A stretch of DNA of 64,000 nucleotides from NCBI GenBank assembly GCA_020891255.1, contig BQFW01000010.1, positions 1,116,001 to 1,180,000 on the forward strand, read 5' to 3'. Made by a program: the position numbers and the translations under genes. The stretch is from Entomortierella parvispora E1425. Its lineage: Eukaryota; Fungi; Mortierellomycota. Positions 12,499 to 24,371 of the stretch are shown here, one piece after another (position 1 is the first letter of the stretch; the number at the start of each line of letters is the position of its first letter). A model generated the notes under the pieces. That model saw only the letters and a list, made by a program, of their open reading frames with translations, ran no database searches and was not told the DNA's origin.

Positions 12499-13680
12499 CT
12501 AACTGTTCCTGCTGTTAAGTTCGCCGTTCTCTTCGTCAGAGTCATAATAGTGATAGGAATGGTTCTGATCACTGTGAGTGGGACTGGAGTTGGCATTGAT
12601 TTGGTTGTTGTAGTTATAGTCGTAGTTGTAGCTGACGCTGCTTAAATCGTTGTAACCGGCGCTGCCAGGATCGTTGTAGCTGTAGCCAGAGTTGTACTGA
12701 TAATGGTTGCCGAGCTGGCTACCGTGTTGATTGGCTTGGTAGGCATCGTTTTGAACGCCAGCGTTGTTTTGAGCATAAGTGTCATGGAGGGTATTCAATC
12801 TATCCAGGATACGTCGGTTGTCAAGCATGGTTTCGCCCATTATATCAAATTTTCCCTGCAAGTACTGCATCTCTCGCCGAAGCTGCTCAAAGATGGGCTT
12901 GTAGTATTGGTGGAACTGTTCATGAAACAAATCCTCTACTTGATCGTACGACAACAAGTTCACTCGAAGTTCATAAGGAGGCAGTGGGCGGGGGGGTGGG
13001 GTTGGATTTCGGAGACCCTCCGACGACGATCGCGGCAAAGGGGGCTGAGGAAGAGGAGGAGTTGAATGGGGGTGGATGGATGGAGATTCGTGGAAAGATT
13101 GTCTGGCCTCCGCTGCTGCCGTTGCCTCTGCTCTCGTAGCAGCGCTTTGTGAACGCGCTGAACGAAATTGGGGTGGTGGGTACGGTTCTGCGTTGGAAGG
13201 TGCTTGGCGAGGGCTTGAATGGCTCGAGGTGGAGGAGCACGTGTAGACGACTCGCTGGGTGTGGACTGGTGAACCACGCGACGCCCTGCGCGATGAACTT
13301 GGAGAGGAGTGTCTGGCTGGCGATTCTTCGAGCAATGGGGATAGTGGGGCAGAAATAGCAGGTCGTCGTCTCTGGCCTTGGTGGGTTCTCCTGGGGGAAA
13401 GACACTTGGGTGAGTCTGAATTTACAGAGCTCGAGTCAGAGCCTGCAGTCGCCTCGTTGTCAGGAACGTTGGGGCCATGAATGGGATCGCTAGAGGCCCC
13501 ACCAAGGGGAGGGACCTCAGTACCGATAGGATCGGGACCTTGGGAAGGACTGCTAGAGGAAGCGGCGGATGGTGGATCGCGAGAAGCTAGGCTGTAGATG
13601 AAAGAACTCTGTGAGGGAGCATCAATGGGCTGGTCGGACGGCTGGTCGAGGGGTTGATGATCAGAGTCAGGACTGGACAT
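12499..13680 (-). CDS. Hypothetical Ser/Pro-rich disordered protein with a short coiled-coil segment
   Basis: Long stop-free ORF from ATG 13680 (MSSPDSD). One helical block (YELRVNLL...RRILDRLNTL) and an N/Y-rich tail; no recognised domain. Confidence 0.6.
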   Translation of the reverse strand: MSSPDSDHQPLDQPSDQPIDAPSQSSFIYSLASRDPPSAASSSSPSQGPDPIGTEVPPLGGASSDPIHGPNVPDNEATAGSDSSSVNSDSPKCLSPRRTHQGQRRRPAISAPLSPLLEESPARHSSPSSSRRASRGSPVHTQRVVYTCSSTSSHSSPRQAPSNAEPYPPPQFRSARSQSAATRAEATAAAEARQSFHESPSIHPHSTPPLPQPPLPRSSSEGLRNPTPPPRPLPPYELRVNLLSYDQVEDLFHEQFHQYYKPIFEQLRREMQYLQGKFDIMGETMLDNRRILDRLNTLHDTYAQNNAGVQNDAYQANQHGSQLGNHYQYNSGYSYNDPGSAGYNDLSSVSYNYDYNYNNQINANSSPTHSDQNHSYHYYDSDEENGELNSRNS

Positions 13681-14099
13681 TTTTTTCGGAAAAGTGGACT
13701 TTGATGGAGGTGAAGGTGGGGATGAAGATGAAGTTGAATGTTGATAGTTGGGATGCAGGATGGTTGACACAGTTTATATATCGAATGTAGACCCAATGAA
13801 GCAGGGTCCACATCTCACATTGAGGAGAATTCTCTTTGTCGTGTCCACGCTAAATGTTGATCGGGCCCTCTTTCTCCCCGCGTGGCTCCTTTGCTCCCCA
13901 AAGACTACCTCGGTGGCTTTCCTTTCCCCCGAAGAGTAAGTGCATCCACAACTTTTTTGCCCCATTGTCCCTGTCACCAAACAAACACATATCGCCGTGT
14001 TATGTAGAAAATGCAAAGTGGGTATCGGTTTATTGTTGTAATGGAGATTGAAGAGAAGGGTGAAGCAAGCTGGCACAGCACCGCCGCCGCCTCTTCGAT

Positions 14100-14840
14100 T
14101 TAGCGCCTGCTTGTGTGCTTGCTGCTTCGGATCTCGTCCTTCTCATCCAGTTTCTTTTCAAAGACCTTTTGGAAAGACTGTGCGTCGATCCTCTTTGTGG
14201 CCATTGTACCGTCATCACTGTTGCCTTTTGCAAAGGCAAGGTTGTGCTTGAATCGGATTCGTTCCTCCACTTCAAGGATTTGACTCTTGCCATGATGACG
14301 ACCGCCGCGTCCGCGGTAGACTGAGGAGCTTGAGGAAGAAGAACTACCTGAACTGTAGCCGGTGTCCTCGTCCGAGTCTTGATCGTCCTGCTGTTGGTGT
14401 TTGTGCTGCTGCAATTGCAGAATCTCCTCCTCTGAAAGCTTGTTTCGTCGATCGGCGCGCTTGTTCGATCGGTCAACATCCACCAGTTGAGAAAGCTGAG
14501 TTGTTCCCTGCTGCTTGTTATTGTTGTGATTCTTCTTGTCCTTCCTGCGCTTGTCTCCGAGATCTTGCTCGAATTCATCGCTGCTGCTGTTGCTGTTGCT
14601 GCCGTTCTTGAGACGCAACTCTTTCTTGCGTTGAATGGTCTGGTCCTCAGAGGAGGCTGCTGTAGATCGTCGAATGAGATAGTTGACAGTCGATCGCTCG
14701 CGGCTCTTTTGGATTCTTTGGGATCGTTGGCGATGAGCGTCCTTGAAATCGTTCTCGGGGAAATGAAACAAGTCGAAAGTAGAGGTAGTATCAAAAGAAG
14801 AGACGGGAAAAGAAGTGATCTGATCGTGGAAGGTGGTCAT
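14100..14840 (-). CDS. Hypothetical basic low-complexity protein (start uncertain)
   Basis: The ORF is open from 15056. A TATAAAAG at ~15005-15012 on the minus strand suggests the in-frame ATG at 14840. K/R-rich, no recognised domain. Confidence 0.45.
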   Translation of the reverse strand: MTTFHDQITSFPVSSFDTTSTFDLFHFPENDFKDAHRQRSQRIQKSRERSTVNYLIRRSTAASSEDQTIQRKKELRLKNGSNSNSSSDEFEQDLGDKRRKDKKNHNNNKQQGTTQLSQLVDVDRSNKRADRRNKLSEEEILQLQQHKHQQQDDQDSDEDTGYSSGSSSSSSSSVYRGRGGRHHGKSQILEVEERIRFKHNLAFAKGNSDDGTMATKRIDAQSFQKVFEKKLDEKDEIRSSKHTSRR

Positions 14841-15198
14841 GTATGTCTGAAGTTGGGCCTGTTGAAGCTTGGTGAACTTGAAGTTGGGGATGGTGGAAAG
14901 AGTTGTTGGTTGAGAGAGAGGTGTGGGTGAGTTGGATGCGCCGAGAATGGTGGAAGATGTGCTTTGATGTTGTGAGTGAAGAAGAGGTGCAACATCCTTC
15001 TTTCCTTTTATACGGCGTGTAGGCAGCAGTTGACTTTGAGGACAGGGCGCCATCAAAGCGAAACTTTAATTTCCCGCAGCACTGCGGGCGCTTTTTATTT
15101 AGTTTCCTGCGGGCCAAGAGCCCCTCAGGGAAATGACGTTCATTGTGCAACCACCGTCTCCTCTCTCCCCTCTCTCACGGCTGCTCTGATGCAAGACG

Positions 15199-17503
15199 TC
15201 AATTGTGCACTGGGAGGGACTCCTGCAAAACAAGAAGGAGCAACATGCGGCGGCATAGATTCTCGGCATGAACTAATCGCGAGTTGATATCCGACAATTT
15301 CGAGCTCTGCACCTGCACCATCTTGTCCTCGATCGTAGTTGCGATCTTGCCCCTGTATTTGCTTCAACCAGAGCAAAAAAAGAGCGTTAGACGAGACCAG
15401 CCACAGTTACAAGAGATGGACTCAAGACCAATCGAAAAAGGCCATTAGAATTACTTACTTGATGCCTCCTTTACTGGTTTGTCCAACCTTACTTGACGGC
15501 GGAAGACTTACAGAGTCTGGTTACATCAAAAGAACTAGCGTGTTGAGTACTATGCTCCTCAAGAGTGCCATATGCCTTGAGATCATACAGAAGTCACATA
15601 CCATTCGAAAGTGCACCACTAGGACCGGCAGCATTGGAGCTGCTTTGATAATCTCCAGGCGACTGATGTGAGAACTGATAGGAAGATGGAGTCCTTGTAG
15701 GGGACCATGGGTATGACTTTGCACCAGATCCAGCTTGTGGCTGCTGCTGCTGCGCGTTTGAATGATGATGCAAGACAGGCGACGTCGGCCTTGGTGTTGC
15801 TTGTCCACTCTTACCTGCATGATGATCATCAGCATGCCCCTGACCTCCAGAAGGAACGTTTGTAAAAGATGAAGAGGACAACCTTGGCCTATGACCATAA
15901 GCTGCCTGAGGAGGCTGTGGCATCTGAGAAGTATGAGAATGTCCATCAGAAGCAACTGTTACAGACGTGACTGAGGTCAGCGTAGGCAATGATGCAGGAA
16001 TTGGCGGCGTTGATGGTGTTGATGAAGGTAGTGCTTGCTGGAGATAACTAGCAATTCCGCCTCCCCCAGAGCTTGTCCCTCCTGTCAATTGAAGGGCGTA
16101 TGCCGCACAGACCAGTTGTGAGTCTCGAATGTAGAATTCAATGACGAAGTCTTCGCTCAACACCGGGCTAAAGATCTATATAGATATATAAACATCAAGT
16201 TAGCAAACATGCAGTAGAACTAACAGAGACAAGCATTTGTCAGAGTTACCTTTGGATCACACACTCGGAATGGGTAGAGCTTCTCCTTGCTCGGCTTTGC
16301 CATCGCTTCGATTGCGGCACGAAGGTGTCTCTGCACCAATTCGAGTAAGGTCGTCAAGGCTCGCTTTGATTCGAAAATTTCAGATGCTCCAAGAGACGAT
16401 GCGGTAGTCGCTATTAATGCCAATCCTGGTGTGCCCCAATAATCTTCTAGGCGGCAAATTGCTTGATCCGTGTGGTTCCGTACGTCGTTCAGTTGTTCCA
16501 GGAAATAAGGCTGGGTCAAATGTCCTGGTGGTTTGCTCGCACTTGTTATTGGAAGAACAGCTTGCTGTTGTAAAGAGGGCGCAGAGGGCGCAGTGGATCC
16601 TGTGATTTCACTCGCAGTCGTAGTCGTTTCTGATGCCGTCGCCGCTGTCGTCAAAGTACTAACGGATGCAGCTTCGGATGGCCCCCCCGGTGTGTTTGAG
16701 GCTTGCCCCTCGCCGCCTCTTTCGGCATCCTCCAGGCCCGTTGCTTCTGGTGACGGATTGGTTTCTGTTTTCCCGGCTTTTGTGGAGGAATCTGCTGTCG
16801 AAGCGGAGGTGGCGACGGCGGGTATCGTTTCTATGACTGGAGCTTGAGATATAATGGCGGCTCTTACAACAGGAAGCTTTGGCAGCTTGATCGTCATATC
16901 CTAAACACATTAAAAGAAATTGGCGAAGTCATAAATACTTAAGGTAAACGTGGAAAGGGTCCTTTTTGGCTGTGGGTTTGTGTTGACGCGTCCTTACCCC
17001 TTTGACAATATAACTTCCAGCTAGGGTAACAAATCCTTTGAGAATGTCATTGCTAACCGGAAAATTAGAAATAATAAAAGGATGAGTATGCAATTGCAAA
17101 AGCCAGAATCCACAACTCGGTCCTGATTACCCTTACTTTGGTGATGATATAGCCAAAGTCTGAGCGCCTTTGGCATCATCTTTCAATTTTGCAGCCTCCC
17201 GACATGCCTAAAAATTGAGAAATTCGTTTACATTAATAACGCCTTGGAAAATATAACAAAAAAAGAGGATTGTGTAAACTATCTCTGGGGTTCTTACAAA
17301 GAGCGCATCTTGGATATCTCGGAGATTGGGCTCGACTTGGGTGGAGAGGAACCACGCTTGCTCCGCACGCTAGTTAGTGAAAAAGGAGGAAAATGAACTG
17401 TAAATGTCAATGCAAATGGACAATCGTTCGTAGACATCTGCTGGCGTACAAGAACTTTCTCCTCTTCGGCTAATTCATCCTCCAGTGGTGTCAATGGCGG
17501 CAT
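15199..17503 (-). CDS. RAV2: RAVE complex subunit 2 / ROGDI-like protein; 8 exons (17503-17450, 17369-17298, 17207-17137, 17052-16998, 16900-16250, 16175-15602, 15516-15459, 15361-15199)
   Basis: All seven introns are GT..AG and phase-consistent (1698 nt, 565 aa). The product contains RAEQAWFLSTQVEPNLRDIQDAL, TLAISSPNNDILKGFVTLAGSYIVKGDMTIKLPKL, FSPVLSEDFVIEFYI and EDKMVQVQSSKL, which resemble Rogdi/Rav2 blocks. Confidence 0.75.
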
Positions 17504-17834
17504 CTTCAATGGTGTCGAAGGGAACAAAAGAAACAGCGAATGCGATGACCATGAAATTGGCTTCATGTTGAAAACGTGACATGTAACACGATTTGGTGGC
17601 GCATCAATGTATCCAAAATCGACTTCTTGCACCGCTCTTCCTCTCTTTTCAGCATAGTCCTTGGGCCTCACAATAACATGGGGCGGCCAAGTTATCTTAA
17701 GGAGAAAAGGAACAGGGAACTCGACCCATCATTGCATGCCCAAACACTGAAAACATTTCTAAGTTCTTTAATTGCCCCTTTGGCTGAGAGAGGTGGTTTT
17801 GTGCATGAAAAATATGTCGACACATGTATTAAGA

Positions 17835-19304
17835 TCAATCCAGAGTAATAGACGGGAAAGATGGTAGGGCCGGCACTTCTGGAGCTGAAGCGTCTGGTTT
17901 GAGTTCGACTTTTGGTGGCTTTAAAGACGACATCGAAGCACCAGAAGCTGGTCTTGTGGCCCGTGGGATAGGTGGGGGAATCATAGGTGTCTGTCCTTCT
18001 GCGAATGAACCGCTGGGTCGAGCACTTGAAGAGGCCTTTGCTTTCGGTGGCTCCTCTTCATCCAGGAGGAAATCGTAAAAGCCCGGCGATGGTTTTGAAG
18101 ATGGACTGATTGGTGGGGGCGGGGTGTAACTTTGGAGGACATTGGACATGGCTGAAGCCGAGGCAGATCGTTTGTATCCAGAAGACGCCGTCGAAAGCGA
18201 TGAACCCACGGGGCTCAGAGTCCTGCTGGGCGAGACGGGACCATTAGGTGACTGGGAGGTCGGTGACATTGCAGAAGCTCCGGGGGAGTCTGATCGACGC
18301 AAGTTTTGAGTATTAATGCGGGGTTGCTGGTACTGGTGCTGTTGATATGGGCGGGCTGTTGTCACAACAGCAGCTGACGACGCAACCAAGGGAATAAACT
18401 CGCCCATTGGACCAGTGCCTGAACCCGGCCTGTTGCTCGATGTGGTCAGACTCCTTGCAGCCTGAGAGCTCGGTTGGAGGGTCGAGGGAGTGGACAATGC
18501 AGGATTGAGACTGGAGTTGGAATTACTGCTGTCCGTGCTAGACAATTGCTTCGTCAACGGAGGCCGCTGCTGCCTCTGATGCCCCTGTCCCAGCTCTGGA
18601 TGCTGTCCGTTCTGCTGTTTGAGAACCTCTAGTGGGGGTACCTGGCTCTGATATTCGAGTGGTGATTTTTTAGCAAACCACTCTGGCTGCTGGTTAAGCA
18701 ATACCTGTCGATTAGAGAGATATCTTTGCTCGTGTATTTTGTTCTCCCTTGGCTGATGCAGGGGTGCTTCACCGCCTTCATCATTGTAGCCATACGTAGA
18801 CGAGCCTTCTGAAGACTTTTGCATCATACTCCTTTGGTGATAACGCTCAATCTCGCTAGCTTCTCGACCTCGTCTCCTTTTTGCTCTGAACACAAATCCA
18901 GCGCCCACAAGTAACAATACTACAACTCCAGCAGCGACGATACCAGCAATCATTCCAGTGTTGTTTGTAGACTTTGAAGCGCCACCATTTGATTCGGACC
19001 CTGTGGAAGAAATAGGTGCTATAGATGAGGTCGTTGTGTCAACAGGGGCTACTATGGAAGTGGCGACATTGGTGGTCGTTGCAGCGATCGGGGTATTAGA
19101 GGTGATGGCAGAAGTGGGCGGTATTGCTGGAGGCTTTGGAGCTGTAGTCTTTGGCTTTGGTACGGTAGTCTTTGGGGGAGGTTTTACAGTTGACGCTGGT
19201 GGTGCTGGTGCTGGTGCTGGTGCGGCAGCAATATGTGCATGTGGGCCGGATGGAGTGGGGGCCCGCTTTTGGAGTTCCGAGACCGGTGAGCCCGGTAGAG
19301 CCAT
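17835..19304 (-). CDS. Mid2/SKG6-like single-pass membrane protein (P/T/S-rich ectodomain); 5' end uncertain
   Basis: Thr/Pro-rich stalk, TM helix GMIAGIVAAGVVVLLLVGAGFVF followed by RAKRRRG, and a disordered tail. No signal peptide at ATG 19304, so an upstream exon is possible. Confidence 0.7.
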   Translation of the reverse strand: MALPGSPVSELQKRAPTPSGPHAHIAAAPAPAPAPPASTVKPPPKTTVPKPKTTAPKPPAIPPTSAITSNTPIAATTTNVATSIVAPVDTTTSSIAPISSTGSESNGGASKSTNNTGMIAGIVAAGVVVLLLVGAGFVFRAKRRRGREASEIERYHQRSMMQKSSEGSSTYGYNDEGGEAPLHQPRENKIHEQRYLSNRQVLLNQQPEWFAKKSPLEYQSQVPPLEVLKQQNGQHPELGQGHQRQQRPPLTKQLSSTDSSNSNSSLNPALSTPSTLQPSSQAARSLTTSSNRPGSGTGPMGEFIPLVASSAAVVTTARPYQQHQYQQPRINTQNLRRSDSPGASAMSPTSQSPNGPVSPSRTLSPVGSSLSTASSGYKRSASASAMSNVLQSYTPPPPISPSSKPSPGFYDFLLDEEEPPKAKASSSARPSGSFAEGQTPMIPPPIPRATRPASGASMSSLKPPKVELKPDASAPEVPALPSFPSITLD

Positions 19305-20925
19305 TAAGTCAAAGGCACCAAGTGTGGTGGATGGTGGCAGGGGAGAGGAATCAAGTGGATAAGAAAGAAGAGAAGAAGAAACGACCTTTTCACGAACAGG
19401 TGAAGGACAGTCGACCAACTGACACAGGGGCGGCAGGGCCGGAGAGGGACGGGGATAGGTGGGGGAAGGAACAAAAAAAAAAAAAAAAAAAAGAAATGTG
19501 AAGTGAATGGAATAAATCGAATGAATGAAATCCAGCGGGATGAGACAAAAAAGGGCGGTGGATTAAGCAAGACAAGGCAAGGCAAGGCAAGAAGGAAGAA
19601 CCTCTCGCTGCTCACAAGCAACCCGCGTGCGAGAGAGAAAGAGAGAGAGAGAGACTGAGAGAGACCTTTTGTTGCTGCATTTTGTGTTTGTTGTTGTCGC
19701 ACAAGGGGCAGGCCAATTTATTGTCAACATCAATCCGAGATCCTAGATTGCTGCTTTAAACACAGAGTTGCTCCAAGAAAGAACACTGAGAAGGTTGGCT
19801 AAAGAGCAAAGTGTGTTCCTTGTTTGCACCCAATGCTTGAACCGGCTTGGTGTTTCCTTTGCCACGCCAAAGGTGGCTGGATCAAGAGATGAAATGAAGG
19901 AACTAGAGAAAGAAAAGGGAACAAGGGAGGGAGGCACGCAAAAGAGACGACGATGAGACAATAAAGGTGAGAGCTCAGTGACATTAGTATCTAGCACGAG
20001 AGACCATTCCTGTTGCGCCACTGAAAAGTTCAAGGTTCCTGGGAGAGTTCCATTACAAGGGACCTGCTCTCAAAGATGCTTAGCCCAGCAAGCATGCTGG
20101 TCATGTGACAGGTGCTGGATTTTTTGGTGGCGTCCCCACTGATTTCTTGGGGTCAGACCTTCTCGGAGAGTGCATTTCGGTCAGTCAGCGCAATTGCAGG
20201 ACTGCTCACTTCAGCCAATTGCTGACTTTTTTTCATGCCTTCCTTACACACAACTCCTTCACACCCTTGCAGCCTCCCTCCTGCACGGGTTACTGTCAAT
20301 GCAGGTGAGGCTGTCCTGTTTTGAAAAAGAGATGTTGGCATGTTGGGAAAGTGGCGAATGAGACAGCAGGACCAGTGGGATCGACGATCTGAGGGTGCTG
20401 ATATCCATTTGGCGAAATGTCACAATCAATCCAGAGATCAAGAGATCTAAAAATCCGCTGTTACTTTGGACGGGCAGAGTTGTGAACAGGGAATCTTGGT
20501 GAATCAACAAACCCCAGAGGTGAGTGGACCATGGCCCAAATGTTAACAGAGTGGAGGTGGCGATGAGCCAACCCGAGACCAGCGAGGACACTTTGCAAGG
20601 TTGATGATCCTCTGAGGTTTTCTTTTGATTTTTTTTTTTTTTTTTTTTTTTTTTGGGTCAACGTGAGAGTGAACACCGACGAAAGACCTCCCAGGATCAA
20701 GAACCAGCCGCGACTCACTCGCTCTGTTTCCCACTACAACAACAAACAACAATAACCTTTTCCCCTCTCTGCCTCTTACCTCTCTTCCTTCTCTTTCCTT
20801 CACCTTTCTCTCCATCCCCTTCTGGGCTGCATCCATTCCTGCCTCCTGCATTCGACTCCATTCTTTTTTTCCCTTTTTTTACGAGTCACTTTCTTCCTTC
20901 TTGCACCCTTATATCACACTTCGCC

Positions 20926-22608
20926 ATGTTGGACTCATTCTTTGGGTCCCTCTCCGAGGCTGTCTCGTTCCCTGAGGATCAGTTGCGCTGCCTTTCTGCC
21001 TTGCTTCTCTCATATCCCCTTGCTCTTGCCTTCCGCTTCCTGCCTAGCAACAACCCTGGACTCAAACATGTTGTCTCAGTCTTGACTTCGTTCTTCCTGA
21101 TCGTCGTCGTCGTCGATGATCTCGTTGGACTGATGCACTTGCTCGGATCCAGCATTGCAGTGTGGAGAGTAATGGGCTCCGTTCAGGGAAAGTGGGGACC
21201 CAGGATCGTCTTTATCGGAGTCATGCTTCACATGAGCGTCAGGTATGTCCGGAACAGGGAAACAAAGAATGACTGACAGAAGCAAATTTAAGCTACAATC
21301 CGCTGTGCTGTGCCTTGTAATTTCTTCCACCCCCCAAAAAATAAGCAAGAAATCTCACCGTATAAAAACCGCGTCCTTCCCTGTCATAGCCATTTGATCC
21401 GCCAGTTCAACGACTACCGTGGCTACAAATTGGACCATACCGGTCCCCAGATGATCCTCACCATGAAGCTCACCTCCTGGGCATTCAACGTCTATGATGG
21501 TCGCCGTAATCCCAAGGAATTGAGCAGATACCAAAAGGAGCATGCCATCACCCAGTTCCCTTCGCTCCTTCACTACCTCAGCTATGTCTTTTTCTTCCCT
21601 GCTGTCTTGGTTGGACCTTCGTTCGAGTACATGGATTACATTCGCTTCATTGAGCTCTCGCAATTCCGAGATGCCAAGACTGGAAAGATTCACTGGCCCG
21701 CTGGGCGGATTAGATCTTCGATGCAGTCCTTCTTCTTTGCCTTGATCGCTTTGGCCTCTCTTGCTATCTTGGGTCCCAAGCTGGATGTCCTTTGGACCTT
21801 GGACCCTGCCTGGAAAGCCCTCCCCTGGGTTTTGCGATTTGGCTATGTTCAATTGGCGGCGTTTGCAGCTCGATTCAAGTACTATGCTGTCTGGAAGATG
21901 GCCGAGGGTGCTTGTGTAATGGCTGGATTCGGTTACAACGGTCAGGACCCCAAGACAGGCGCTGCTCTTTGGGACGCGACTTCCAACATCAATGTCTGGG
22001 CTTATGAGACTGGTCAGAGCATCAAGACTCTGGCTGACAACTGGAACATGGGCACCAACAAATGGTTGAAGCACTCTGTTTATTTCAGAGTCGTTTCCCC
22101 TGGAGCCAAGCCTGGCCCCATCGAGACTTTTGCGACTTTTGGCGTCAGTGCGTTTTGGCATGGATTCTACCCTGGCTACTACCTTATGTTTGCGTCCTCC
22201 GCTACGGCATTGACTGCCGGTAAGCTGTTGCGTTCTCACTTGAGACCCCTCTTTATTTCTGTTGCGACGGGCAAGACTCCCTTGGTTTACAACATGCTGG
22301 GCATGTTGTTGACCCAGGCAACGATCAACTACATGTCCATGTCCTTTTTGCTCTTGACGTTCCAGGACAGCATTCAAGTCTGGAAGGACCTTTACTTTGT
22401 GGTCCACATTGGCATTCTCTTCATCACCGTCCTCACCCCAGTGCTATTCCCTGTCAAGCGCAAGTCCAAGAAGGGAGCCGAGAAATCTGAGAGCGAGAAG
22501 GTCAAGGAGTTGGCTCATGATGTGGCCGAGGAAGTTGCTGCCGTTGCTGTCGAGGCCCCCATTGAGGTCTTGAATGACGCCTCGTCTGCCAAGCTCAAGG
22601 TTCTCTAG
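20926..22608 (+). CDS. ALE1: MBOAT-family lysophospholipid acyltransferase; join(20926..21242,21390..22608)
   Basis: DHTGPQMILTMKLTSWAFNVYDG, YLSYVFFFPAVLVGP, WNMGTNKWLK and SAFWHGFYPGYY (catalytic His); GTATGT..ATAG intron in frame. Confidence 0.93.
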
Positions 22609-23117
22609 ATGTCTATCCTCCACTTTTCCAACCCGTCCCTTTTCTTTTCTAGTTTAGCCTCCATTCTTGCATTTTTACAGCATCCAACTGTTCACCCATA
22701 TATCCACAGTTAAAATTGTACAAGTATCCTTTCACTCTTCTTTTTTTTAAAAAAAAATGATACAATCTGCTTAGAGATATTCCTCTATTCCATGTTGCGG
22801 CGGATCAGTGGGTATTTGGGATACAGGATGATCTTTTATCTGCTACTTGCAGCGTCCACCATTCTCCGGTATTGGATCAGCGGCGAGTTGCATTTGATCA
22901 TTCATCGGAAATTAGCCGCAGAAGGATCCCTTTGATCTTGCCTATTATCAATAATGTCTCGTCGACGACTATAAAAGCGAGGGATCCAGGGCTCAAAAGG
23001 ACGGTCCCACATCAACAGCTCTACTGGCAACAACTGCTCCAAGCTCAGCACGGCCATAACCTGCTCTACATCCCCTCTCAATCAAAAACTCCTTGCGCGC
23101 TCTATTCCTCAAAAAAA

Positions 23118-24371
23118 ATGAACTGCTCCCTTCTGCGCATCACCGTTGCTTTGACCTTGGTCGCATGTGTGGCTCACGCCGCTCCCATCCTTTCAACCTC
23201 TGGATACAATTTCGATTCGTCCGATGTGGCTTCTGGGGACACGTCTTGCGATAGCAGTCTTGGTAATTGCGATCAAACCGTGAGCTCTGGCAACGTCGCC
23301 CTGGGGTCAACAGTCAACGCGGTGCCTATCACTCAGGTCACTCCTGTAACCCACTATCAGTCTTTCGTCCAGGCTTTCGCTCCTATTGTCCAGTCTGCCT
23401 GCGACGACACGTCGGATTTGGATGACTCGGATTTCATGAACACGAGCCCCATGAGTGGCGGCAACGATTTCTATTCGGGCTTGGGATCCTGCATTCTTGA
23501 CAACAACGACATGAACGGTTTTTATCAGGGCACCGGATCTGACAACATAGACACGTCATTGTCTCCTCCTAATCGCCGTCGCGACCTTTCCGACGCGTCA
23601 AATACCCCTTCCTCTACTGCCAATGTCCAATATCCAGATTCGACTGACATCTCGACGGACCCCTCGAATTCCTCGGACAGCTCTTGGGACCCGTCCGATA
23701 TGTCTTCCATCTGCAGCCAAAACGCCCAAGCCCAGGGATGTGATACCTGGATCCCCGCCCAGAATGTCAACCTTGGCTCTACGGTTAGTATGGTCCCATC
23801 CACAGCCGTTTCGCCTTCGACCTATTACCAGCCTCAGGTCCAGTATCTGCAATCTGACATACAGGCCAGTCCCGCCCAGTCGAGCAGTCTGCCTCAACAG
23901 AACGTGAACCTGGGATCCAACGTCGCGATCCAACCCCTGACCCAGGTCTTGCCCCAGACTGTGTACCAGCCTGAGGTCCATCAGATGGCAACCTCTGTCC
24001 AAGCCAGCGATGTAGGGGACCAGTCGCTGCCCCAGTCCAGTGTTCAGTTGGGATCCTCAGTCCAGATCACGCCCACCGTCTCTGTCACGCCCTTGACTCA
24101 ATTCCAGAACACGGTCCAGTCCTTGCCGTTTACCATTGATGTCGAGCCCTGTGACGCCAGCGATACTTCGGATTATGGCAATAGCGTCTCTCCCTTCACT
24201 TCCGGTTGGTCGTCGCCTTTGTCGTCGTCGTCGTCGTATCTCAATCCGTCCATTGGTTCTTTCTCTGGTTCCGCGGTTTTGCCTGTTGCCTATCCCGGAG
24301 TTTCTTCTTTACCCATGTCTTCCCGCTTCGGATCCTCGCTCGGCTCGGTTGGCCCAGATAACTGCCAGTGA
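23118..24371 (+). CDS. Secreted acidic Ser/Asp/Gln/Val-rich protein with four ~37-aa internal repeats
   Basis: TATAAAA at ~22971; signal peptide MNCSLLRITVALTLVACVAHA; repeats of the form (N/S)V(N/A/Q)LGSxVxxxPxxxVxPxTx(Y/F)Q. Confidence 0.8.
   Translation: MNCSLLRITVALTLVACVAHAAPILSTSGYNFDSSDVASGDTSCDSSLGNCDQTVSSGNVALGSTVNAVPITQVTPVTHYQSFVQAFAPIVQSACDDTSDLDDSDFMNTSPMSGGNDFYSGLGSCILDNNDMNGFYQGTGSDNIDTSLSPPNRRRDLSDASNTPSSTANVQYPDSTDISTDPSNSSDSSWDPSDMSSICSQNAQAQGCDTWIPAQNVNLGSTVSMVPSTAVSPSTYYQPQVQYLQSDIQASPAQSSSLPQQNVNLGSNVAIQPLTQVLPQTVYQPEVHQMATSVQASDVGDQSLPQSSVQLGSSVQITPTVSVTPLTQFQNTVQSLPFTIDVEPCDASDTSDYGNSVSPFTSGWSSPLSSSSSYLNPSIGSFSGSAVLPVAYPGVSSLPMSSRFGSSLGSVGPDNCQ

Noticed and set aside
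22724-22731. GTATCCTT, a U12-type 5' splice consensus
   Set aside because: It lies downstream of the ALE1 stop with no matching TCCTTAAC branch site; no minor intron is supported.
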